64,000 nucleotides of DNA from Candidatus Falkowbacteria bacterium (GTDB lineage: Bacteria > Patescibacteriota > Patescibacteriia > CAIXNZ01). This document shows, piece after piece, positions 56,725 through 64,000 of this stretch. How positions within the stretch are numbered: the stretch's first letter is position 1; each line of letters starts with the position of its first letter. The notes beneath the pieces are model-generated. The model was not told the origin of the DNA and ran no database searches. It was given only the letters and a program-made list of their open reading frames with translations. The stretch is taken from NCBI GenBank assembly GCA_016927685.1, contig JAFGMD010000024.1, forward strand, positions 7,314 to 71,313. The letters are read 5' to 3'. Both the position numbers and the translations under genes were made by a program.

Positions 56725-57018
56725 TTATTTAGGGCAAAGTAATTTTTTCAGCCCTTGCCGCCAGTTATTTTCTGTTTTAAACTCTCGTTTTTTTAATTCT
56801 ATGGTTGGTATCCCAAATTCTTCTATACATCTTGGATCTCTCACGCTTTTCCAATGATGACGGTCGTCTAGGTAAAGTGTCTTTCCATAAAGTCCGCATG
56901 TAATTCGTCTTCCCCCTAAAAGATCCTCGCGGCAACGAAAATTACATGCGCTAGAGCAATAATGAGGATTAGAATCATCAACATTAATTACCAAGGAAAT
57001 GCTCTCGGTGATATTCAT
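56725..57018 (-). CDS. Small Cys-containing hypothetical protein
   Basis: CSSACNFRC...CGLYG...RDPRC; ATGA overlap with the upstream ORF; SD GGAGG. Confidence 0.65.
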   Translation of the reverse strand: MNITESISLVINVDDSNPHYCSSACNFRCREDLLGGRRITCGLYGKTLYLDDRHHWKSVRDPRCIEEFGIPTIELKKREFKTENNWRQGLKKLLCPK

Positions 57019-57188
57019 TTTTTCCTCCGTATCAGGTAAAGAAATGTTTCTGTGATCGCAAACCCCAGCACAATCGGCAGAGCATTTGGAATAAGGGAAT
57101 AGTGCTGGAATAGCCAGGCGTAAGTGGCAATAAAGAAAAAAGCAATCAATGAGCTAAGGGTACAAAAAAAATCAGGTAACTCTTTCAT
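57015..57188 (-). CDS. Small two-TM membrane protein (57 aa; not in the ORF track)
   Basis: Own translation MKELPDFFCTLSSLIAFFFIATYAWLFQHYSLIPNALPIVLGFAITETFLYLIRRKK; SD GGGGAGG; stop overlaps the next ATG. Confidence 0.65.
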   Translation of the reverse strand: MKELPDFFCTLSSLIAFFFIATYAWLFQHYSLIPNALPIVLGFAITETFLYLIRRKK

Positions 57189-57250
57189 CTTTCCCTCCCC
57201 TTTCCCTCTCTTCGCTCACCGAAGCTCCAAAGGAGCGAAGGCGGGCTTGT

Positions 57251-57333
57251 TTTAAGTTGTCAAATTACAAACCGATTTTCATACAGCGACACTTTGTCGC
57301 GACCTGGAGAAAGGGGGCGACTCGAAGTCGCCC
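57251..57333 (-). repeat. Structured intergenic module, copy A
   Basis: GGGCGAC-TTCGA-GTCGCCC CCTTTCTCCAGGTC GCGACA-AAG-TGTCGC...AAAATCGGTTTGTAATTTGACAACTTAAA. Confidence 0.75.
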
Positions 57334-57413
57334 GAATTTGTTTTGAATTTTTTATTTAAATTATTCCATCCCTTCTTTTTCGATTTCAGTCATCCTTCAG
57401 CGCTTTGTGCCGT

Positions 57414-57620
57414 TCAGTGTGTCAGAATAAAGAACCCTAAAAAGCTACATGCCAAAACAAACATTACGCATAGGACTAAAGTTGGCAATTGTAGGGCAAA
57501 TCCAATAGCGGCAAAAGGATTATTTTTATCCTTTTCCATTTGCACGATGCCTATTATGGAAGTGGCAATAAAAACGCTTGCCATTAAAAACAAGGCAATA
57601 GCGCCAAAAATATTTTGCAT
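57414..57620 (-). CDS. Small two-TM membrane protein
   Basis: SD AAGGAGG; hydrophobic. Confidence 0.65.
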   Translation of the reverse strand: MQNIFGAIALFLMASVFIATSIIGIVQMEKDKNNPFAAIGFALQLPTLVLCVMFVLACSFLGFFILTH

Positions 57621-57651
57621 GATTTTTTTCTCCTCCTTCTACCTAGCGGCG

Positions 57652-57754
57652 TTTAAGTTGTTAAAGTACCCGTAAAAATATAACCAATTTCCAGCCTGCG
57701 GCACCATGTCACGGCCTGGAAAAAGGGGGCGACTCCATTCAAATGAAATCGCCC
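57652..57754 (-). repeat. Structured intergenic module, copy B
   Basis: GGGCGAT...GTCGCCC CCTTTTTCCAGGCC GTGACA-TGG-TGCCGC AGGCTGGAAATTGGTT...GTACTTTAACAACTTAAA. Confidence 0.75.
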
Positions 57755-57770
57755 ATAATTATTTTTGTAC

Positions 57771-58019
57771 TTAGATCATTTTGTCTCTCCTTTTCTGTGT
57801 CCATTCATCCAAAAGATCAAAAAATAATTTTGCCATTTGTCCAAAACAAAAGAGATCAATAATTGGCCAGCCAAACTGTCCCACGGTTATGGTCGTTGCG
57901 TTTTTTATAATTACGAATGCTTGCCAAAAACCAAAGCTGAGAAAAATAATAGCCGTAGTCCCGGAAAAAAACATGCCAAACATCAAAAAGATGATAATAC
58001 GAGTTCTTCTGACGTTCAT
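57771..58019 (-). CDS. Small membrane protein
   Basis: SD AAAGGAGG; promoter TTGACT-17-TATAAT upstream; hydrophobic. Confidence 0.65.
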   Translation of the reverse strand: MNVRRTRIIIFLMFGMFFSGTTAIIFLSFGFWQAFVIIKNATTITVGQFGWPIIDLFCFGQMAKLFFDLLDEWTQKRRDKMI

Positions 58020-58231
58020 TTTATTCCTCCTTTTATTTTTTCTATTTTGTTTAAGAACCCATCCCGCACATTTTGCAAGATTTTATATTATAACAACAAA
58101 ATTAATTTTAGTCAATACTATCCGTCTAGCTTATATATTATTACTGCTGATACTATCGCAAAAATAGCTAATTCTATTGACAAATTCTGTAAATATGCTA
58201 TACTGTATTTAGTAGTCGGAAAATTACGAAT

Positions 58232-58978
58232 ATGACCATAAAAGAATCATTGGAACAAATAGATATTACAGGCAAAAAGGCAGATATTTATCTAGCCTGC
58301 TTGGAAATGGGGGGCGCCACTGCCTATGCCATAGCCAAAAAAGTGAGCCAAAAAAGGCCCACTGTTTATGATATTTTAAACCAGCTTTTGAACGAAGGTT
58401 TAGTTTACAAATCGCTCAAGCGAGGCAAGATGTATTTTTTCCCAAGCGATCCAGCTCGGCTTTTAAAGAAAGCTAAAGAGCGCCAGGAAAACATTGAAGC
58501 GATTTTGCCTGAATTACAAAATCTATATAATGCTCCCAGATTTAAACCTACTATCAGGTATTTTGAGGGTAAAGAGGGTATTAAACAGATGTATGATGAT
58601 AGTTTAAAAAGTTTGAGAAAAGGCGATGAGATTTTAGGTTTTGTGGGCGAAGGTATTTTACAATATTTACCAAAATATGCTGATGAATATATTACCGAAA
58701 GAATTACTAAGGGAATAAGATTTCGTGGCATTTATAAAAAAGAGCTAGGAATTATGGAGTATATGGAGAAAAATGTTGAACAGCTTCGCGAAGTTCGCCT
58801 TTTGAATCCTAAGGATTTTCCAGTTAATAATGAGACAAATATTTATGGCAATAAAGTTGCTTTTGCCAGCTATGGCAAGGAAATGTTTGGTATTATCATA
58901 GAATCAGAAGAAATCAGTAAGTCGCAAAAAGCAATTTTTGAGCTGGCATGGAAAGGTGCAGAAAATTTGGAAAAATAA
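58232..58978 (+). CDS. TrmB-family HTH transcriptional regulator
   Basis: KADIYLACLEMGGATAYAIAKKVSQKRPTVYDIL; IRYFEGKEGI; NIYGNKVA. Confidence 0.85.
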   Translation: MTIKESLEQIDITGKKADIYLACLEMGGATAYAIAKKVSQKRPTVYDILNQLLNEGLVYKSLKRGKMYFFPSDPARLLKKAKERQENIEAILPELQNLYNAPRFKPTIRYFEGKEGIKQMYDDSLKSLRKGDEILGFVGEGILQYLPKYADEYITERITKGIRFRGIYKKELGIMEYMEKNVEQLREVRLLNPKDFPVNNETNIYGNKVAFASYGKEMFGIIIESEEISKSQKAIFELAWKGAENLEK

Positions 58979-59059
58979 AATTTATATAAATACAAAAAGG
59001 CTCCCTTACGAGAGCCCTTTTGCTTTTTGAAATAAAGAACGCTACTCCGATTTTACGGA

Positions 59060-59148
59060 TGGTGCCGAAGGCGGGACTCGAACCCGCACGGAGGATTAAC
59101 TCCAAAGGATTTTAAGTCCTTCGTGTATACCAATTTCACCACTTCGGC
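59060..59148 (-). tRNA. tRNA-Leu(TAA), CCA encoded
   Basis: GCCGAAG...AAGGA-CTTAAAA-TCCTT, long variable arm, GGTTCGAGTCC...CTTCGGCACCA. Confidence 0.93.
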
Positions 59149-59202
59149 GTGTTTTTGCTATTTTCCTTTTTGTATCTACTATATTAAAATAAAATTAAGC
59201 CT

Positions 59203-59682
59203 ATGTCAAAGAAGAAAAAAGAAATTTATTTGGTTTTACAAAATATACGCTCCCTTTTTAATATTGGGTCTATTTTTAGATCAGCTGATGCATTTTTGGT
59301 TGATAAAATTTATCTTTGCGGTTATTCTGGTTATCCGGTAGATAAACAAATTACAAAAATTGCCAAGACGGCGTTGGGAGCAGAAAAAACCGTGCCTTTT
59401 GAACATTATTGGCAGACTGCCAGCTTGATTAAAAAGTTAAAAAAACAGAAAATTCAGATAGTTACTTTAGAATTAGGTAAAAAGGCTATTCCTCTTCAAA
59501 AATTTAAACCCAAGTTTCCATTAGCAATTATCGTAGGCAACGAAGTGACCGGAGTGACAAAAAATATTTTAAAGCAAACAGATAAAATTATTTATATACC
59601 AATGCAAGGAGCCAAGGAGTCGCTTAATGTGGCTATTGCGGTTAGTATCGCTCTTTATGATATTAATTTGAAAAGAAAATAA
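59203..59682 (+). CDS. TrmH/SpoU family RNA 2'-O-methyltransferase
   Basis: NIRSLFNIGSIFRSAD, GNEVTGV, IPMQGAKESLNVAIA. Confidence 0.92.
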   Translation: MSKKKKEIYLVLQNIRSLFNIGSIFRSADAFLVDKIYLCGYSGYPVDKQITKIAKTALGAEKTVPFEHYWQTASLIKKLKKQKIQIVTLELGKKAIPLQKFKPKFPLAIIVGNEVTGVTKNILKQTDKIIYIPMQGAKESLNVAIAVSIALYDINLKRK

Positions 59683-59705
59683 AAAACTCCCCAGGAGTTT
59701 ATATA

Positions 59706-59752
59706 AATTTCCAATACCTAATTACTAATTACAAATTACCAATTACTAATTT
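59706..59752. repeat. Tandem heptamer array (AATTACY) abutting the tRNA-Gly 3' end
   Basis: aatttcc aatacct aattact aattaca aattacc aattact aattt. Confidence 0.75.
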
Positions 59753-59753
59753 G

Positions 59754-59827
59754 AGCGGGTGACCGGATTCGAACCGGCGACCTTTTCCTTGGCAAGGAAA
59801 CGTTCTAGCCAACTGAACTACACCCGC
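59754..59827 (-). tRNA. tRNA-Gly(GCC)
   Basis: GCGGGTG...TTTCC-TTGCCAA-GGAAA...GGTTCGAATCC...CACCCGCT. Confidence 0.93.
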
Positions 59828-60041
59828 ATCATGTAAAATCAGTTTACTACAATTAATAAAAAAAATCAAGAGCTCTTTACTTTTAGATGTCTGTACTTTG
59901 TGGAATTTATTGGAGCATTTCTATTTAGATTTATAATATGAAATTAGCAAAATTAATTGAATAATTTTCCACAATTCATCCACTTGCTCAATTTTTTAAA
60001 TAAGATAAAATTGAACCAAGAATATTTATTTTATTCATTTT

Positions 60042-60674
60042 GTGAAGAATCGTTGGAAAATTTTTTTGGGGGCGGTAATTATCATTACTGCTTTTTTATT
60101 TGCAGATTATAGTTGGGCAAAAACGATTATTTCGGTAAATGAAAATTTAAATTATAAGATAACCGTTCGTATTGTTTTTGATTTTAGGGACGACGAGGCA
60201 TTAAAATATTCTGATGAATTGTTAGTTAGATGGAAAGAAGGTATGAATATTATTTGGAATAATAATTCAAGCGATGATATTGGCAAAATCTTTTACGAAT
60301 TTGATTTAATAAAAAAAGAATCGTGTAAAACTTGCGCAGATTATCCAGAATATCATTGCATAAGCGTAATAAGCGATAAAAGAAATCAAAGAGGAAATAT
60401 TGCAGATGTTACTTTTAATTTTCCTAATTCTGGTTTGAATAGCGATGGGGAGTGGTCAATATATGCTTCAGATAAAGTTGCCGCACATGAAGTCGGTCAT
60501 TTGATGGGATTATTAGACGAATATCACTATGAATATATTAATGGTGAAAAAAAATGGGTTAATGATAATAACAAAGAATCAGAACAACAAAGCATAATGG
60601 CACAAACATGGGGTACGGTTACTGTTTTTAGCGATCAAATTAATAAAATTTTAAAAAGTGCAGGTATTGTATAA
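60042..60674 (+). CDS. Secreted zinc metallopeptidase (HExxHxxGxxD)
   Basis: Signal peptide; AAHEVGHLMGLLDEY; SIM Met-turn-like. Confidence 0.8.
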   Translation: MKNRWKIFLGAVIIITAFLFADYSWAKTIISVNENLNYKITVRIVFDFRDDEALKYSDELLVRWKEGMNIIWNNNSSDDIGKIFYEFDLIKKESCKTCADYPEYHCISVISDKRNQRGNIADVTFNFPNSGLNSDGEWSIYASDKVAAHEVGHLMGLLDEYHYEYINGEKKWVNDNNKESEQQSIMAQTWGTVTVFSDQINKILKSAGIV

Positions 60675-60718
60675 TATTTTTTATAAGAAAAGGGAGTCCG
60701 AACGGACTCCCTTTTGTG

Positions 60719-61183
60719 TTAAACGATTTTTTCGAAAAACACTTTTTTCGGTTGGCTTTGGTCGAGTCGAGCCATGAAGATTTCAATGTTGTTGGCGGCT
60801 GGGACATATTTTTTAAAAAGTTCAACCGCTTTTTTTAAGTCATTGATCTGGTGCTCGCTGATACTGATTTTTTTGCAGACCAAGTTATGGATCTTGCCAT
60901 ACATCTGGCAGTCATCGTGATTGATAATGATCAGGCGCGGTTGCTTGGCATGCTTGAGCATGAATTCGATTTGGTCCTTGAGCGTCTTGAGGTGTTTGGG
61001 TGCAAAAAGTTCGGCGCCGACCGAGCTGACACTGCCAGGAACGACAATGTAAGCCGGGTGCTGAATTTTCAGCTCGTTTTTAACAAAGGACTTGAAGGCC
61101 TCTTGAAAGCGCGGGTCTGAGCAATGGACAATTATTGCATCGGCTCCGCTTGCTTCAAGTAGCGGATAGAAAATTTTCTCCAT
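60719..61183 (-). CDS. Beta-carbonic anhydrase-like protein
   Basis: CSDPR and HDDC zinc ligands; SD AAAGGAGG. Confidence 0.7.
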   Translation of the reverse strand: MEKIFYPLLEASGADAIIVHCSDPRFQEAFKSFVKNELKIQHPAYIVVPGSVSSVGAELFAPKHLKTLKDQIEFMLKHAKQPRLIIINHDDCQMYGKIHNLVCKKISISEHQINDLKKAVELFKKYVPAANNIEIFMARLDQSQPKKVFFEKIV

Positions 61184-61245
61184 TTTGCCTCCTTTAAAAA
61201 AGAAAGGGAGGAGGCTGGGCCTCCTCCCTTGTTAGTGGTTAATGG

Positions 61246-62874
61246 TTATTTCTTCTTGGGTTCGTCAGCCTTGGGCCTTGAACCGTCTTCGGTCTTGGCC
61301 GGCTGGCCGGTTTTGTCTCCGACAGCTTCCTTGCTCATGGCTGCCAGCTTGTTGCCGAGCAGTTCACTCGCTTTTTTCAGGATTTCGGTCGGATCGACCA
61401 GGCCGCTGGCTTTGAGCTGCTGCACAAAGTCAAAGAACATTTTGGGAACGATGGAGGCCACACGGTTCATCGCTCCGTCTCCGCCGCTGCCAGTGTCCCA
61501 GACAGTGAGGTTGTCGATGCTGCCGAGTGAAGAGGCTAGTGAGGAGAATATTTTTTCGGCAACTTCGCCGCCTGCTTCGCCAATGGCTTTAATGACTTCG
61601 GGTGATTTTTCCATGAGGAAGAGCAGTTGGCCGGCCTGATTCAGTTTGGTCAGGGCCTCGGCCAGTTTTTCCTTGCCTTCGGCTTCGGCCAGTAGCTGGG
61701 CCTTGGTGCCATCGGCGATGGCGACCAACTTGGCCTTTTCCGCGTCTGCGGCTGCTTGGCCTTGTTGCCTGATTTTGGCAGCATCGCCTTCGGCTTCCAG
61801 AACAGCTGCACTCTTTTTGGCCTCGGCCAATTTGATCGCGGCCTGCGCTTCACCATCGGCCTTGAGAATGGCCGCCTGTCGTTGTGCTTCGGCATTGATG
61901 ACTGCGGCTTTTTGGTTTGCCTCGGCTTCTCTGATGGTCGTGGCTTCCAACTGTTTTTGCCGACGAGCCGCTTCTTTTTCCTGGACCAAAGTAGCGCCTT
62001 CGGTCTCAGCCGCAAGAGTGGCCTGCTCAGCAGTTTTCACGTCCTTTTCAGCCAAGGCCTTGGCTTTGGGCCCTGCCTGGGCAGCCAATGCTTCCTGGGC
62101 CTGAACTTCTGCCGCGTAAGCGGCCTTTTTGACTGACAGGTTTTTGTTGGCTTCGGCGATTTTTCTTTCGTTTTCGGCCGCAATCTCCGCTGCCTCTCTC
62201 ATGGCTTCAGATGTCTTTTTCTTGGCTTCGGCTTCGGCCTGGGCTTTGCCGATGGCCGCGTCACGCTGGACTTCGGCGGTTCTCTTTTGGCCCAGGGCGT
62301 TCAAATAGTTGTGAGCGTCGGAGATGCTTTTGATGCCGATAGAATCGGCATCCAAGCCCATTTTCTGCAGATCCACCAGGGACTCGCTGGTTATCTTTTC
62401 GGCAAAGGTTTTACGATCCGAGTTGAGTTCTTCAATAGTCATGGTGCCGACAATGGCGCGCAAATGCGCTTCCAAAGTCTGCAGAGCCGTGTTTTGGATT
62501 TCCTGAGGCCTGCCCAGGAATCGTTCAACGGCGTTGATTACTGAGGTATCATCGCTCTTGATCTTGATATTGGCGATCGCATCAATGCTGACTGGCACGC
62601 CGTCTTTGTTGTAGGCGTCAGTGACTCTGACATCGATCGTCATCAATTCCAGGCTCAGGTATTGGGTCTGTTCGATGATAGGCCAGACAAAGGTAGCACC
62701 GCCGCGAACAATCCTGTAGCCGACCTCCTTGTCTCCCAGTTTGCGTTTGCGTCCAGTGATGATAGCCACCTTATCTGGCGGAACCTTGATGTAGCGTTTG
62801 GACCACACCAGAAAACCGCCAACAAAGGCGAGTGCCAGAACGACAATAATGACTGGAATAATGAACGCTCCCAT
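61246..62874 (-). CDS. Flotillin/SPFH domain protein
   Basis: N-terminal TM helix, SPFH domain (GATFVWPIIE, LEAHLRAIVGTMTIEE), AEA-rich coiled coil. Confidence 0.92.
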   Translation of the reverse strand: MGAFIIPVIIVVLALAFVGGFLVWSKRYIKVPPDKVAIITGRKRKLGDKEVGYRIVRGGATFVWPIIEQTQYLSLELMTIDVRVTDAYNKDGVPVSIDAIANIKIKSDDTSVINAVERFLGRPQEIQNTALQTLEAHLRAIVGTMTIEELNSDRKTFAEKITSESLVDLQKMGLDADSIGIKSISDAHNYLNALGQKRTAEVQRDAAIGKAQAEAEAKKKTSEAMREAAEIAAENERKIAEANKNLSVKKAAYAAEVQAQEALAAQAGPKAKALAEKDVKTAEQATLAAETEGATLVQEKEAARRQKQLEATTIREAEANQKAAVINAEAQRQAAILKADGEAQAAIKLAEAKKSAAVLEAEGDAAKIRQQGQAAADAEKAKLVAIADGTKAQLLAEAEGKEKLAEALTKLNQAGQLLFLMEKSPEVIKAIGEAGGEVAEKIFSSLASSLGSIDNLTVWDTGSGGDGAMNRVASIVPKMFFDFVQQLKASGLVDPTEILKKASELLGNKLAAMSKEAVGDKTGQPAKTEDGSRPKADEPKKK

Positions 62875-62897
62875 TTTTTCTCCTCCTTCTTTTCGGG

Positions 62898-63539
62898 TTA
62901 ATTTTGGCCTAGACGCGTGACTATCACGGTCTGCCCCATGGCCTTGGTGACTTTGACAGTGTTGCCTTCCAGAATTTCAGATCCGTCCTCGGATTGGGCC
63001 AGGTAAGTGATGGTGCCGGTATGAGTGGTGGCCTGAATTTGGCCGGCTTCGTTTTTCGGAATTTTCACAATAACCATAACTTCCTTGCCCACAAGATCAT
63101 TGGCCGAGATGTTAGCAGAGGCCTGTTGCTTGGCCAAAAAGTTGACAAAGGCATACATAAGAACGGCCATAAGAAAACCGGCCAGAATGCCAATTCCGCT
63201 TGAGGCAAATACGCCCATTTTTAAATAGCTGCAGATTGCACCGACCAGGCCAAAGCCTGCGACAAATGACATTATGATTCTGAATGAAAAGAAGCCGGGT
63301 GCGCGTAAGCCGGCCATATCCGTATGGTCGCCTCCCGAGTCTGGATGATCGGCTCCATGGTCGACGTGCAGGTCATGATCGGGATGATCAAAATCATGAT
63401 CAATGCCGAACGCGTCTCCTAATTCTCCAAGAAAGAGAGAAAAGAGACTGATACCTGCGGCGACCAATCCAATGGTCAAAAATACGCCAAAGGTGAATAT
63501 TTTGTCAAGGTGCGCTAAAAGTCCGGTAAGCCATTCCAT
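62898..63539 (-). CDS. NfeD-like flotillin partner with His/Asp-rich loop
   Basis: TM helices, FFSFRIIMSFVAGFG, OB-like tail LVGKEVMVIVKIPKNEAGQI; directly upstream of flotillin. Confidence 0.8.
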   Translation of the reverse strand: MEWLTGLLAHLDKIFTFGVFLTIGLVAAGISLFSLFLGELGDAFGIDHDFDHPDHDLHVDHGADHPDSGGDHTDMAGLRAPGFFSFRIIMSFVAGFGLVGAICSYLKMGVFASSGIGILAGFLMAVLMYAFVNFLAKQQASANISANDLVGKEVMVIVKIPKNEAGQIQATTHTGTITYLAQSEDGSEILEGNTVKVTKAMGQTVIVTRLGQN

Positions 63540-63763
63540 TTTCTACCTCCTTTTTTTTATTCATTTTTCCTTTTTTTGCCACAATTACAACAAATTTCGC
63601 CTCCTTTCAAAACATTAAAATTTTGTTAACCGAACACTTTAACTTAACATAACTGTCCTATTATGTCAAGGTTTATAGGTATTTATTGTAAAAATCTTGA
63701 CAACATTTTTTAATCCTGTTAAACTACTCCATATTTCACAAATAAAAAGGAGGGATAGTAGTA

Positions 63764-64000
63764 ATGTCCGACAGTCAATTTGTTGACGGCGAGATGTATT
63801 TTGTTCTTTTGGATACCCTGACTGAGATTGAAGAAGAAATTCGCAGTAATGGCCACAGTAATGTGGAAAAAGCGCGTCTTTTCCATCAATTAGGTAGTAT
63901 TTACGGATTGATGGGAGAGATGAACCAGCAGAAATTTTCATGGCAAAAGGCGGTGGAACTAGATCCCCAATCAAAAATTTTCCAGCAAAGCCTGGCAAGT
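63764..64000 (+). CDS. TPR-like protein (partial, runs off the window edge)
   Basis: Own translation MSDSQFVDGEMY...ARLFHQLGSIYGLMGEMNQQKFSWQKAVELDPQSK; SD AAGGAGG; TTGACA promoter. Confidence 0.7.
   Translation, partial: MSDSQFVDGEMYFVLLDTLTEIEEEIRSNGHSNVEKARLFHQLGSIYGLMGEMNQQKFSWQKAVELDPQSKIFQQSLAS

Noticed and set aside
56701-57754. Repeated intergenic modules as integron attC sites or CRISPR repeats
   Set aside because: No RYYYAAC/GTTRRRY ends, no intI or cas genes in the window, only 2-3 imperfect copies separated by whole genes
59064-59074. GCCGAAGGCGG in tRNA-Leu matches the hairpin insert at 10235
   Set aside because: An 11-12 nt match that is a normal part of the acceptor/T stem; cannot be separated from coincidence
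61229-62901. Multiple long antisense and alternate-frame ORFs over flotillin
   Set aside because: Expected shadow ORFs of a GC-rich, Ala-rich coding sequence; no SD or recognisable domains
63666-63998. Minus-strand 110-aa ORF in the track
   Set aside because: The plus-strand frame from 63764 has a promoter, an SD and TPR-like sequence and is the better call

Overview
AT-rich bacterial chromosome segment that spans the replication origin (rnpA-rpmH-dnaA-oriC-dnaN). The gene content suggests Patescibacteria/CPR (Parcubacteria-like); this is inferred from the tandem TrbC/VirB2-like pilins, the TrmB-type HTH protein, core genes without Shine-Dalgarno (SD) sites, and a solitary 16S with a variant anti-SD. 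Housekeeping genes: rpsF-ssb-rpsR-efp, recA, ftsK, trmD, khpA, rpsP, tig, ruvC, ruvB, yebC, galU and a class A PBP, plus envelope/glycosylation genes, a 16S rRNA with no linked 23S, and six intact tRNAs. The most unusual observations are: (1) a nested tRNA-Ile locus, where an outer tRNA-Ile(GAT) is split into five pieces by four REP-like hairpin insertions and the anticodon-loop insertion itself carries a second, intact tRNA-Ile(GAT); (2) short-period (7-9 nt) inverted repeat arrays, one enclosing a four-helix-bundle (23S-IVS/Avd-like) gene and others empty, including two homologous copies in the rpsF and ruvB leaders; (3) many accessory genes built as promoter-(boxA-like)-AGGAGG-ORF-terminator cassettes, in contrast to SD-less core genes, including an array of small membrane proteins separated by a repeated structured module; (4) a candidate ncRNA/attenuator upstream of rpsF; (5) an 8-gene pilin array. 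All calls were made by eye from the sequence; no database searches were run.
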